Source: Pirellulales bacterium (GTDB lineage Bacteria > Planctomycetota > Planctomycetia > Pirellulales > PALSA-1355). Taken from it: DNA of 64,000 nt. The stretch spans positions 128,001-192,000 of the forward strand of contig CAVTBU010000009.1 in NCBI GenBank assembly GCA_963733035.1, in the 5' to 3' direction. Below, in pieces: positions 10,210 to 19,070 of this stretch. Positions within the stretch are counted from its first letter, which is position 1, and each line of letters opens with the position of its first letter. A program made the position numbers and the translations under genes. The notes under the pieces are model-generated. The model made no database searches and had not been told where the DNA came from. It worked only from the letters and a program-made list of their open reading frames with translations.

Positions 10210-11604
10210 ATGAGCCAAGATGCATCACGCGGCCCTTCGCGCCGTGAATTCCTGCAGAACACCGGCCGTGCGGCCGCTGCCACGGCCCTGGTATCGATGG
10301 CCGTTCCAATGGTCCATGCCGCCGAGGACAACACGCTGCAATTGGCGCTGATCGGCTGCGGCGGGCGCGGGGGCGGAGCCGCGGACAACGCGCTATCGGT
10401 GACAGCCGAATCGCCTGTGAAACTGGTGGCGATGGCCGACGTGTTTCACGACCGGCTCGATACGGCTTACAACGCGCTGTCGAACCGACATCAAGACAAG
10501 GTGGAAGTGCCAGACGAGCGAAAGTTCATCGGCTTCGATGCCTACAAGAACGCGATGGACTGCCTCAAGCCGGGCGACGTCGCAATCTTTGCCACGCCGC
10601 CGGCGTTTCGCTGGGTGCATTTCAAGTATGCGATCGAGAAGGGCTTGAACGTCTTCATGGAGAAGCCGGTGACGGTCGACGGCCCGACGTCGCGCAAGAT
10701 GTTCGCGCTGGCCGAGGAAGCCGACAAGAAGAACCTGAAGGTGGGTGTGGGCCTGATGTGCCGACACTGTTTGGCCCGCAACGAGCTGTTCGATCGCATC
10801 CAGAACGGCGAGATCGGTCAGATCACACTGCTGCGCGGCTATCGCATGCACCCGCCCGTGGGCTCGGCGTTCACCAAGCGAATGCCGGAAGGGGAGAACG
10901 AGCTGGAATGGCAGATTCGCAACTTCCACAGCTTCTTGTGGTCGAGCGGCGGCTGCTACAGCGACTTCTACATCCACAACATCGACGAGTGCTGCTGGAT
11001 GAAGAACTCCTGGCCAGTGAAGGCCCAGGCCTTGGGCGGCCGCCACTATCGGGGCGACTACATCGACCAGAACTTCGACGTGTACGCGGTCGAATACACG
11101 TTTGACGACGGAGCGAAGCTCTATTTCGACGGCCGCACGATGGCCGGCGCCATGCAGCAGTTTGCCAGCCAGGCCCACGGCACCAAAGGTTCGGCCCATA
11201 TTTCGGGCCCGGGCCACGCTCCGGCCAAGTGCAAGATCTTCCGCGACCAGAACATCACCCGTCGCGGCGGCGACATCGCCTGGGCCTACTCCCAGCACGA
11301 ACCTAGCCCCTACGAGCTGGAATGGATCGACCTGTACCAGGCGATTCACCAGGACCGGCCCTACAACGAGGTGGTCCGCGGCACCCAGGCCAGCCTGGTG
11401 ACGTCGATGGGCCGCATGGCCGCTCACACCGGCCGCGAAGTGACCTACGACGAGATCCTCAACTCCGAACACGAATTCGCGCCGTCGGTCGATCAGTTGG
11501 TGCTCGGCGGCGAGGCGCCCATCAAGGCCGATTCGCAAGGCAAGTACCCGGTTCCGCAGCCGGGCATCACAACCGATCGCGAGTTCCCTGCTGCAACCTC
11601 GTGA
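10210..11604 (+). CDS. Tat-exported Gfo/Idh/MocA family oxidoreductase
   Basis: SRREFL Tat motif. LIGCGGRG Rossmann motif, ATPPAFR, VFMEKPV, IHNID. AGGAG RBS. Confidence 0.9.
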   Translation: MSQDASRGPSRREFLQNTGRAAAATALVSMAVPMVHAAEDNTLQLALIGCGGRGGGAADNALSVTAESPVKLVAMADVFHDRLDTAYNALSNRHQDKVEVPDERKFIGFDAYKNAMDCLKPGDVAIFATPPAFRWVHFKYAIEKGLNVFMEKPVTVDGPTSRKMFALAEEADKKNLKVGVGLMCRHCLARNELFDRIQNGEIGQITLLRGYRMHPPVGSAFTKRMPEGENELEWQIRNFHSFLWSSGGCYSDFYIHNIDECCWMKNSWPVKAQALGGRHYRGDYIDQNFDVYAVEYTFDDGAKLYFDGRTMAGAMQQFASQAHGTKGSAHISGPGHAPAKCKIFRDQNITRRGGDIAWAYSQHEPSPYELEWIDLYQAIHQDRPYNEVVRGTQASLVTSMGRMAAHTGREVTYDEILNSEHEFAPSVDQLVLGGEAPIKADSQGKYPVPQPGITTDREFPAATS

Positions 11605-11626
11605 GTTGAAACGTCAACACGATAGG

Positions 11627-11665
11627 ACAGCCCCGCGAGAAGCGTTTCTCCGGGGCTGTTTTTTT
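11627..11665 (+). terminator. Rho-independent terminator
   Basis: ACAGCCCC...GGGGCTGT stem followed by a T-run. Confidence 0.8.
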
Positions 11666-11702
11666 GCGCGCGTCCCGAACGCGATCGGTCGAACGGCACG
11701 AC

Positions 11703-12899
11703 TCAGAACCAAGTGCTGAGTAGTTCTCCCACGGCCAGGCCGATGGCGGTGCCGATGGTGTAACCCCAGATACCAACCAACAGGGCCGGTAGCACAAGCT
11801 TCGACCAGCCCATGGAGATGGCCATCGCCGCGGCACTCGGGGGGCCGCCGAGCGTGGCATTGACCGAGAGGGCCAGGTGCTCAAGGTTCATTCGCAACAG
11901 TTTGCCGGCGGCAAAGGTGACCGCCAGATTCACCAACGCCATGATCAGGCAGAAGATGAACATCATGGGCACCTTCGTAAAAACGGTGTAGAGATCGGCC
12001 GGCAAGCCGATCGAGAACAGGTACACGTAGAGCAGATAACCTCCCATTTCTTCGGCACCGTTGAGTTTTCCTAGCGGGCGGCTGGCAACGGTGGCAATGA
12101 GGGTGGCCCAAATGGTGATGTGGATGTAACTGTTACTGAGCAGCTTCGCGGCCACCGAGGCTTCGCTGCCGGAAGCCACGAACTGATGTTCCACCAAGGC
12201 GGCCGTTGCTTTGGCGAGCGCCACGATGGCGGTGGCCACGGCTAGCGAACTCGCGATATCGAGCAGCGAGATTCCTTTGCGTCCCCAGTGCTCGGCGGCG
12301 AGCGAGCGGCTGTCGACGGCGTCGACCGAATCGGGATGCGGATAGAACTTGCGAACCCATTTGCTGTTGCAGAGCAATAGCAGTGTGATGAACATGCCGG
12401 CCATGATGAAGTTATCGGCGACCAACAGCGGACCGGTCACGTCGCCCGTCACGCGGTACGATGCCGCGACGGCCGAGAAATTCACGCTGCCGCCGATGTA
12501 ACTGCCGGTCATGATGCCGCCGACCTGCGATGTGTCCGGCACGTGTGAATGCAGCATCGCCGCGGCTGCAATCGCTCCGGCAACCGTTCCGGCCGCGGAA
12601 AGGTGAAACGCAATAAACAGCCAGCCAGTGGTCCGCGCTATGTAGAACACGTTGGCGCGAAACAATAGCAGCGGAATCGCCAGCGGCACAAGCTGGTCGG
12701 TGATGACGTCGTACACTGGTGCCGTTGGCGGCATCAACCGCAGATTGGCCAGCGCCATCGCAATGCACAAGGCGAGGACTGGGCCACTGAGCCTGGCGGC
12801 CCAGGAGTAGGTTTGTTCGAGCCAGATGCTCAGCGCCACGCCGCCCAATATTACGGCCCACAACAGCCACGTGTCGTCGGGCTTGATGAGTGTTTCCAT
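11703..12899 (-). CDS. DUF819 family multi-pass membrane protein
   Basis: Many TM segments. Motifs LVPLAIPLLL, GSYIGGSVNF, ADN, NATLGGPPSAAAMA, GYTIGT. Confidence 0.85.
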   Translation of the reverse strand: METLIKPDDTWLLWAVILGGVALSIWLEQTYSWAARLSGPVLALCIAMALANLRLMPPTAPVYDVITDQLVPLAIPLLLFRANVFYIARTTGWLFIAFHLSAAGTVAGAIAAAAMLHSHVPDTSQVGGIMTGSYIGGSVNFSAVAASYRVTGDVTGPLLVADNFIMAGMFITLLLLCNSKWVRKFYPHPDSVDAVDSRSLAAEHWGRKGISLLDIASSLAVATAIVALAKATAALVEHQFVASGSEASVAAKLLSNSYIHITIWATLIATVASRPLGKLNGAEEMGGYLLYVYLFSIGLPADLYTVFTKVPMMFIFCLIMALVNLAVTFAAGKLLRMNLEHLALSVNATLGGPPSAAAMAISMGWSKLVLPALLVGIWGYTIGTAIGLAVGELLSTWF

Positions 12900-12922
12900 G
12901 CGGAATTCAGGCGCCCAACCGA

Positions 12923-14638
12923 CTAATCGAAACGACGAGGGAGGTATTGGTTCGCCATGATCGCGCCTGTGCAATTGCCGGCCGAATCGAGTTGAAACAC
13001 GACTTGCTCGTCGGCGTACATGCCCGGCGGCAGCGCAAATGTCACGCGGTTCAGCGGTGTCAGGCGATAGTCGTACTCGTTTTCAACCGTGGCATACAGA
13101 TGGCCGTGGCGAATCGAAACCACCAGCGGAATGAACTCGGGCCCGTACTTCCCGACGAGTGCCTGCCAAGCGGCGGGGGACTTGTCGGTGTTGCTCACCC
13201 GCGTGAAGGTCTGCCCGGCCGCGGCGAAGCCGGTCACTTCGCCGGCCGCCGATTTGGAGAACACAAACGGGCTGCGGCTCATGATGCGGCCGTCGGCCAG
13301 GAATTCGAGCGGCGCGGTGGCTTCCAGGCGGATCGGTTGCCCCGAAAGCTGGCCGACGAGTGATTGCCCGGCAACTTCCAAATGCGCCCAGTAGCTGGTG
13401 GACTCGTAGTCGCCGGCGAGTTCAGCCAGCTCGGTGCTGCTTACTTCGACGATCGGCTCGGGCTCGGGGATCTTTTCGCCGCGGAGCCGTTCGAGCAGCA
13501 AGTCGAGCGAGAGATCTGCCAGCCGCCGCACTGGAGCCATGGCGATGTCGGCATTCGACAAGACCAGCGCGCCGATCCGCTCGTCTGGAATTACGATCAA
13601 GGTTGTGGTGAAACCGTAAACTGCACCGCTGTGCTGAATTGTCTTGCGACCGCGATACTGGCCGACATGGAAGCCGAGTCCGAAACCCGTTTCGTCATCG
13701 ATCAGTTGCGGCGTGCACATCATTTCGAGCGAAGCCGGGTGCATGAGCGGCGGGTTCAATTCGGCCGAAGCATCGCCCCCCAGCATAAAAATAGCGAACC
13801 TCGCCAGGTCCTTGGCCGTGGTGTACAGGTTGCCGGCGGGCTGGGTGCCGAGTTCGAACTCGGGGGCCGCCTCGAAATAGTACTCGCCGTCGCCGCGGGC
13901 GATTCGCATTCGCCCCTTGGCCAGACGCGCACGCAACTCGTCGTTCATTGTCCAGGCGGAACTCGTCATACCGAGCGGACCGAGAACATGCTGCTGTTGA
14001 TACTCGGGGTAGGGGAGCCCGCTCTGGGCGACGACGGCCGCGCCGGCGATCGTGGGACCGACGTTCGAATAGCGAGTTTTCGTGTTCGGCGGATTGACGA
14101 GCGCGCAACCGGCTACGCTCGCGAGCGTCGCCTCGATCGTCGGCTGACTCGGATCAAGGTAACCGCCCACCGGCGCCTCGCGAACCATGCCCGAGCGATG
14201 GCAGAGCAGCTGCCGCAACGTGATCGGCCGTGTCTCTGCAAACGGCGAGACGATCGAGAACTCTGGCAGCGCGGCCTGAATCGGAGCATCCAGGTCGAGC
14301 TTGTCCTGTTCGACAAGCTGTACGACGGAGACGGCATTGAAAAGCTTTGAAATCGAGCCGGCACGGTAGATCGTATCGAGGGTGGCGGGCTTGTTCGCAA
14401 TCCAATCGGCCAGACCATAGCCCGCGACGTGCACAATCTGGCCGTCGACCACCCAGGCCACGCAGCAGCCGGGCAGGATTCCGTGTGCAAGTTCATCCGC
14501 AGCGGCTTGGGCAAAACGCTTTTGCAGCGGTGCGTAGTCGACGGTCTTTTCATCAGCCCGGACAGATGTTGCGAGCGCGCCGACGATAAACGCAAATAGC
14601 GCGACGCAAGTGGCAGGGTGCGGCATGCTGCGAGTCAT
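12923..14638 (-). CDS. Secreted serine hydrolase, beta-lactamase class C/AmpC-like family
   Basis: Signal peptide. SxxK (GSISK), LLCHRSG, YSN, PAGNLYTT, HSG. Confidence 0.85.
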   Translation of the reverse strand: MTRSMPHPATCVALFAFIVGALATSVRADEKTVDYAPLQKRFAQAAADELAHGILPGCCVAWVVDGQIVHVAGYGLADWIANKPATLDTIYRAGSISKLFNAVSVVQLVEQDKLDLDAPIQAALPEFSIVSPFAETRPITLRQLLCHRSGMVREAPVGGYLDPSQPTIEATLASVAGCALVNPPNTKTRYSNVGPTIAGAAVVAQSGLPYPEYQQQHVLGPLGMTSSAWTMNDELRARLAKGRMRIARGDGEYYFEAAPEFELGTQPAGNLYTTAKDLARFAIFMLGGDASAELNPPLMHPASLEMMCTPQLIDDETGFGLGFHVGQYRGRKTIQHSGAVYGFTTTLIVIPDERIGALVLSNADIAMAPVRRLADLSLDLLLERLRGEKIPEPEPIVEVSSTELAELAGDYESTSYWAHLEVAGQSLVGQLSGQPIRLEATAPLEFLADGRIMSRSPFVFSKSAAGEVTGFAAAGQTFTRVSNTDKSPAAWQALVGKYGPEFIPLVVSIRHGHLYATVENEYDYRLTPLNRVTFALPPGMYADEQVVFQLDSAGNCTGAIMANQYLPRRFD

Positions 14639-14690
14639 GGTGCAGGACCGGTTTGGGTGGATCAATGCGCCGCCCGTGCAAATCCACCGG

Positions 14691-15858
14691 CTAGAGCACT
14701 CGGCCAAGCCCGTCGACCAACTGGTCGATCATGGACCGCGTGTGCGTGGCAAAAACGGCGACGCGCAGCATACCATCGGGCCCTGCGCCTGCATAGTTGC
14801 GGGTGTAGGCGATGGCGATACCAGCCGCGAGCAACTGCTGCTGAACGCGCTGCATGTCGGCGGCATTTTCGAGGCGGAAGCTAATGATGGGTGTCGGCCA
14901 GGGTTCAATCTCCAAGCCAAGGTCTCGCAAGGCGTCGCGCGCGTATTTGGCATTGTCCGCTAACTGCGACCTTAGGGCCGGCTCGGTCTGTATGATCTCC
15001 AGCGCCCTGGCCGTTGCGGCGGCGACGGGAGCGGCCGGCGCGCTTGCGCCGCGAAACCAGCCACTCGACTGGCGCACGTCGCTCAGGAATTCGCGCGTGC
15101 CGACGATCGCGCCGCCCTGACCGCCGACGGCTTTGCTCAGCGTCGTGGTGTGGTAGACGGCCGTGCGCTCGACTGCCGGCGCAGACGCGTTAATTCGCTG
15201 CGGCGCGACGCCCGCCAGTTCCAAGCTGCCGCGACCGCCGCTGCCGAGGACGGCCATGCCATGCGCATCATCCACGAGCAACATGGCACCCTGATAGGCA
15301 TCGAGGATCGATAGATAGTCGCCAAGCGGCGCCAACCGGCCACTAGCGGCGAATACACCGTCGGTCATCACCAGCGGGCGCTGGCCTGGGTGCAGTTCGT
15401 GGCGCAAGCAATTCCGACATGTGCTGGGGATCGCGATGCCGAAACGCCAGCGGTGGACGGCTTAGCTCGGTCAGCCAATGCGTAGCCTCGCGCAGACAAT
15501 CGTGTGCCGACTCATCGATGAGTACCAGATCCACGAACTTGCTGAGCGCCGCTGCCAGGGCAAAATTCACGGCGTAGCCACTGACCAGGTAGCAGCACTC
15601 CTCGGCACCGAGAAACGTTGCCGTGCGCCGCTCGACTTCGAGAACTGGGGGACTAGTTCCATAGCCGCTGCGCGTGGTGGCCGTATGAATGCCGTACTTG
15701 ACACACGCCTGTTCGGCCGCCGCGATGACGGCCGGATGGCCTTGCAATGCCAGGTAGCCGGTGCCGGCGAAATACAAACATTCGCGGCCGCTCAACCATG
15801 CGTGCGTTGCCGGCGCCGATTCCATCAGGGGGAAATCATCTGAGGCCGGACGGGACAT
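14691..15858 (-). CDS. PLP-dependent alpha-oxoamine synthase (8-amino-7-oxononanoate synthase-like, aminotransferase class II); apparent frameshift near 15408
   Basis: N-half: FAGTGYLAL, SGYAVN, DESAH, FRH. C-half: TDGVF, VDDAHG, TLSKAVGGQGG (PLP Lys). Removing one T joins the frames. Confidence 0.75.
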
Positions 15859-15974
15859 GGTCTGCTGCTGGCGAAGGACCGAATGTTGCTGCGGCCACGA
15901 TTTTAGCCCGGAATGAGACCTGGATAGTCTCAAATGATCCCCCGAGGCCGGAATTAATCAGGGATGGGAGGGTA

Positions 15975-16002
15975 TTGACTTGGTGATTTGGGTAATTAGG
16001 GT
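15975..16002 (+). promoter_or_regulatory. Candidate sigma70-type promoter for subunit gene A
   Basis: TTGACT-N16-TAGGGT in an AT-rich patch about 140 nt upstream of ATG 16143. Confidence 0.35.
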
Positions 16003-16142
16003 GGATTCTTACTGCGATCGACTCTGATACGCTGCGCAGCACTTCGAGTCGCAAGCACCCGGTTTCCGCCCACGTTGGAAAATCCTTCGTTGGGCTCGTT
16101 ATCTCATTGCCCCACTGCGACTTTTGACGAGGATTTCCCCCT

Positions 16143-16571
16143 ATGAAGAACATTCTGATTCCCTGTGCCGCGTTGGCGCTGGTCTGTGGTCTGATTTCCG
16201 TGTCGACGGCGGGCGAACCCGCTGCCATTTCCGACTCAACGCTCGGCAGCATGGGCTTGGGCGGCATGCAGAAGATGTCGGATACCGATGGCCTTTTGGT
16301 CCGTGGTAAGGGCTACACCGGCTACGGCGGTGGCACCTCGGCCTCCGTTTGGGGCGGGAGCAGCGCCAACTGGTACGGTGGCCAGTCGTCGAACAACAAC
16401 TATGAAGCCAGCTCGTCGTGGTTGGGCCACGGCTCGTCGGCCACGGGTGGCAGCCTGAGCTTCGCCGGCAAGATCCAGGGCAGTTACGCGGCCGACCCGA
16501 CCGGTTCGGCTCTGTCGCTCACGATTTGCGGTGGTTTCGCCGGTGGCGGGGCCTTCGCGATTGCTCATTAA
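16143..16571 (+). CDS. Secreted Gly/Ser-rich small protein A (putative Fap-like amyloid subunit/precursor)
   Basis: Sec signal ending ..VSTA. Conserved LGSMGLGGMQKMSDTDGLLVRGKG, then a nearly uncharged G/S/A/N/W/Y/F core. Paralogous to the next two genes. Confidence 0.8.
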   Translation: MKNILIPCAALALVCGLISVSTAGEPAAISDSTLGSMGLGGMQKMSDTDGLLVRGKGYTGYGGGTSASVWGGSSANWYGGQSSNNNYEASSSWLGHGSSATGGSLSFAGKIQGSYAADPTGSALSLTICGGFAGGGAFAIAH

Positions 16572-16606
16572 CCCAGTCTCGGTCCCAACGCCGACCTCAC
16601 TCTTCG

Positions 16607-16646
16607 AAGACCTGGTTGCCCCCCGCTCGGCAGCCAGGTCTTTTTT
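16607..16646 (+). terminator. Rho-independent terminator after gene A
   Basis: AAGACCTGGTTGCC / GGCAGCCAGGTCTT stem plus T-run. Confidence 0.85.
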
Positions 16647-16769
16647 AATTGGATTTGCCAAAAACATGCGGGCTTGGGGAACATTTGGACGCTGAAACGC
16701 CGGTTTTTGGCAGCGAGCAGGTGCTGTTGGAGAACTAGTGAAGATAGTAGGAATATACCGATCACCCTG

Positions 16770-16798
16770 TTGACAATGGTTTTAGCGGCAATTAGTCT
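16770..16798 (+). promoter_or_regulatory. Candidate strong sigma70-type promoter for subunit gene B
   Basis: Consensus TTGACA, 17-nt spacer, TAGTCT. Confidence 0.55.
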
Positions 16799-16959
16799 GC
16801 TACTCGATTGGTCGCTGCGCAGCATCAATCCGGTTTGACAGTCGAGGCCAGCAGGCCGCTGTTGAACGCGTTTTCCCTCATTTTGCCAGGCGCATGCCAG
16901 CCATGTCGCCACCTTCGGGGGATGTCTAGCTACGGTGATTCCACTTTCATGAGGACACA

Positions 16960-17355
16960 ATGATGAAGCACGTTGCAATTGCTTGTGCGGCAGTGATGTT
17001 GTTTGCTGCCACGGCGACGGCTGCCGAGCCGGTTGCCAAGTCGACCCTCAGCAGCATGGGCCTGGGCGGGATGCAGCAGATGTCGGACAACGACGGTCTG
17101 GCTGTCCGCGGTAAGGGTACGTTCGCCCACGTATGGGGCGGAAGCCAGGCGAATTGGTACGGCGGTCAGTCGTCGACCAACAACTACAATGCAGGCGCCC
17201 AGTGGCTCGGCAAGAGCTCGACCGCCGTTGGCGGTAGCTTGAGCTTTGCTGGCAAGCTGCAGGTCAGCGGTGCCGCCGATCCGACCGGCTTCGCCATCCA
17301 AGGCCAATTGGGTGTTGGCTTCGCCGGTGGTGCGGCGTTCGCCAAGGCTTGGTAA
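16960..17355 (+). CDS. Secreted Gly/Ser-rich small protein B (putative Fap-like subunit)
   Basis: GAGGA RBS. Signal ending ..ATA. LSSMGLGGMQQMSDNDGLAVRGKG; core VWGGSQANWYGGQSSTNNY...GGSLSFAGK...GFAGGAAFA. Confidence 0.85.
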   Translation: MMKHVAIACAAVMLFAATATAAEPVAKSTLSSMGLGGMQQMSDNDGLAVRGKGTFAHVWGGSQANWYGGQSSTNNYNAGAQWLGKSSTAVGGSLSFAGKLQVSGAADPTGFAIQGQLGVGFAGGAAFAKAW

Positions 17356-17404
17356 CAAGCGGAATCGCTTGCTCATTGCGGCAAGTGCTCCCGTCTTTGC
17401 ACAA

Positions 17405-17451
17405 GCTGGCCCTGTCGTCGAATAGTCGGTGACAGGGCCAGCCCCTTTTTT
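17405..17451 (+). terminator. Terminator-like hairpin between genes B and C
   Basis: GCTGGCCCTGTC / GACAGGGCCAGC stem followed by CCCTTTTTT. Confidence 0.7.
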
Positions 17452-17464
17452 CAGCGAGGCCTCG

Positions 17465-17794
17465 ATGACAAAGATCTTCGTGTTAACGATCGCCCTGGTG
17501 ATTTCGTGCAGTGCAATTGCGGTGGCGGCCGATCAAGCCGTCTCCGCCGCGACGCTGGGAGCGATGGGCATCGGCCAGATGCAACCGCTGTCGGACGAAG
17601 ATGGCCTGGCCGTACGCGGTAAAGGCACTTTCGCCAACGTCTGGGGTTTTAGCCAGGCGAGGTGGGGCGGCCAATCGTCGTCGAACAACTACTCGGCCGG
17701 TTCCAGCTGGTTGGGACAGAGTTCTTCGGCATTGGGAGGAAGCCTAAGCTTTGGTGGGAAGGCGCAACTCGGCTTTGGTCATTTCGGTTGGTAA
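17465..17794 (+). CDS. Secreted Gly/Ser-rich small protein C (shorter paralogue)
   Basis: Signal ending ..AVA. LGAMGIGQMQPLSDEDGLAVRGKG. Lacks the AADPTG...GFAGG tail found in A and B. Confidence 0.8.
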   Translation: MTKIFVLTIALVISCSAIAVAADQAVSAATLGAMGIGQMQPLSDEDGLAVRGKGTFANVWGFSQARWGGQSSSNNYSAGSSWLGQSSSALGGSLSFGGKAQLGFGHFGW

Positions 17795-17822
17795 CGACCA
17801 TCTGAGGACGCCAGTAAACGAC

Positions 17823-17865
17823 CGGGCCCTGTCCACCTGTAAAGTTGGACAGGGCCCGTTTTTTT
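17823..17865 (+). terminator. Rho-independent terminator after gene C
   Basis: CGGGCCCTGTCCA / TGGACAGGGCCCG stem plus T7. Confidence 0.85.
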
Positions 17866-17882
17866 GCTTTCCGCAAGGTGCG

Positions 17883-19070
17883 CTAGTACATGATACCCGC
17901 ACCGATCGTCAGGCCCACGAGTTGGAACAATATGTCGCCAGCCTGAGTGGTGGCAAAGCTCGAAGCGGTTCCGCTGTTGGCGACCGACAGTGCTCCCGCG
18001 GCCACTCCGGCATTCGCGTCCCAGTATTGCCACTCGATGCCCGTGCGAAAGAACGCTCGGCCGGGAAGGCACCGCAAGCACGCATCCCATTGCAGTCCGG
18101 CACCGAGTTCCATGATGAACATGTCGCCGTTGCCCTTGGCCAGGGCGCCGTCGGTCGACTCAAAAAACCCGGAACCGTTGGCCGCTTGCGTGTTGGTTTG
18201 CGCGGTGGCAACGCCGTTGCCCCACAAGATCGAGTAGCGGTTGGTGAAATAGGCTTTGAGAGCCCCATCGTCGCAGAACAGCGGCCGCAGCCCCCACACT
18301 CCGAATGTCAAGCCGGCCCCGTTGAACTGCTGGCCGGCGTACGACATCGACTGCACGAGGTCGCTGCCAAACGTGTTCTGTGTCCATAAGCTGCGGTCGT
18401 TGTTTACCGAGGCGTACCGCGCTCCCAGGAATCCGTACATGTCCCAATTGTGCCAGCAGAAGCGGCGCTGCACCTCCAGGTCGACAGTATAGATGTTGAA
18501 CGTGTCGAACAGGATGACGCCACTCTGCACGGCGTCGGGGATTGCCGGAATAAAACCGTTTGCCGACGTCCCGGAGTTCCAGTAGCGGCCAACCAGCCCC
18601 CAGCACTCACCCATCACACCCATGGTGACTCGAGGCCCGACAAGGAGCCCACCTTCGACCGAACCGAGTGCCGAGTTGTTCACAATCGACACGTCGCCGA
18701 GGCTGTTCGAAAAACCATTGTTGAGAAAGTTGCGACTGATTTGCGGCCAAAAGAAGGTCGCCTCGATGCCCACGACGAACTGGCAACGCGGGCCGCAGCC
18801 GCCCGTGTAGCAAGTCGTGCACTGCCCTGGAAGCGGAGCCACGGCGCTTTGTGCTTCGGGCGTTTCAACCGGCTCCTGGGCATCCCAGCGGCTGGTAGGC
18901 ACTTGCGCCGGAGCGGGTGTCGCCGGCTGCACGGTTTGTTGCGCGGAAACCTGTTGGATGAGAGGCGGACGGAACACCGGTTCGGTGAAATCGTCGCCAT
19001 GAGCTGAGCCGGCGGCGGCACATCCAATCGCCGCGATCAGCGAGCAGAACCATTTTCGAGTTGTCTTCAT
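17883..19070 (-). CDS. Planctomycete outer-membrane beta-barrel protein (BBP7/Lpg1974-like)
   Basis: Signal peptide, Pro/Gln linker, Cys-rich patch. Alternating beta-strands (VGIEATFFWP, YTVDLEVQRR, ELGAGLQW, RTGIEWQYW). C-terminal aromatic residue (GLTIGAGIMY). GAGGAG RBS. Confidence 0.7.
   Translation of the reverse strand: MKTTRKWFCSLIAAIGCAAAGSAHGDDFTEPVFRPPLIQQVSAQQTVQPATPAPAQVPTSRWDAQEPVETPEAQSAVAPLPGQCTTCYTGGCGPRCQFVVGIEATFFWPQISRNFLNNGFSNSLGDVSIVNNSALGSVEGGLLVGPRVTMGVMGECWGLVGRYWNSGTSANGFIPAIPDAVQSGVILFDTFNIYTVDLEVQRRFCWHNWDMYGFLGARYASVNNDRSLWTQNTFGSDLVQSMSYAGQQFNGAGLTFGVWGLRPLFCDDGALKAYFTNRYSILWGNGVATAQTNTQAANGSGFFESTDGALAKGNGDMFIMELGAGLQWDACLRCLPGRAFFRTGIEWQYWDANAGVAAGALSVANSGTASSFATTQAGDILFQLVGLTIGAGIMY

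Noticed and set aside
14691..15858. Gene symbol bioF or spt
   Set aside because: The family is clear but specificity cannot be determined from motifs, and the context has no biotin or sphingolipid-synthesis genes.
16884..16898. Sigma54-like GG-N10-GC element
   Set aside because: It lies on the minus strand, pointing away from gene B, with a poor -12 box.
16143..17794. Curli (CsgA/CsgB) assignment for the small proteins
   Set aside because: No regular ~22-aa S-x5-Q-x-G-x2-N-x-A-x3-Q repeats and no CsgG/E/F genes.
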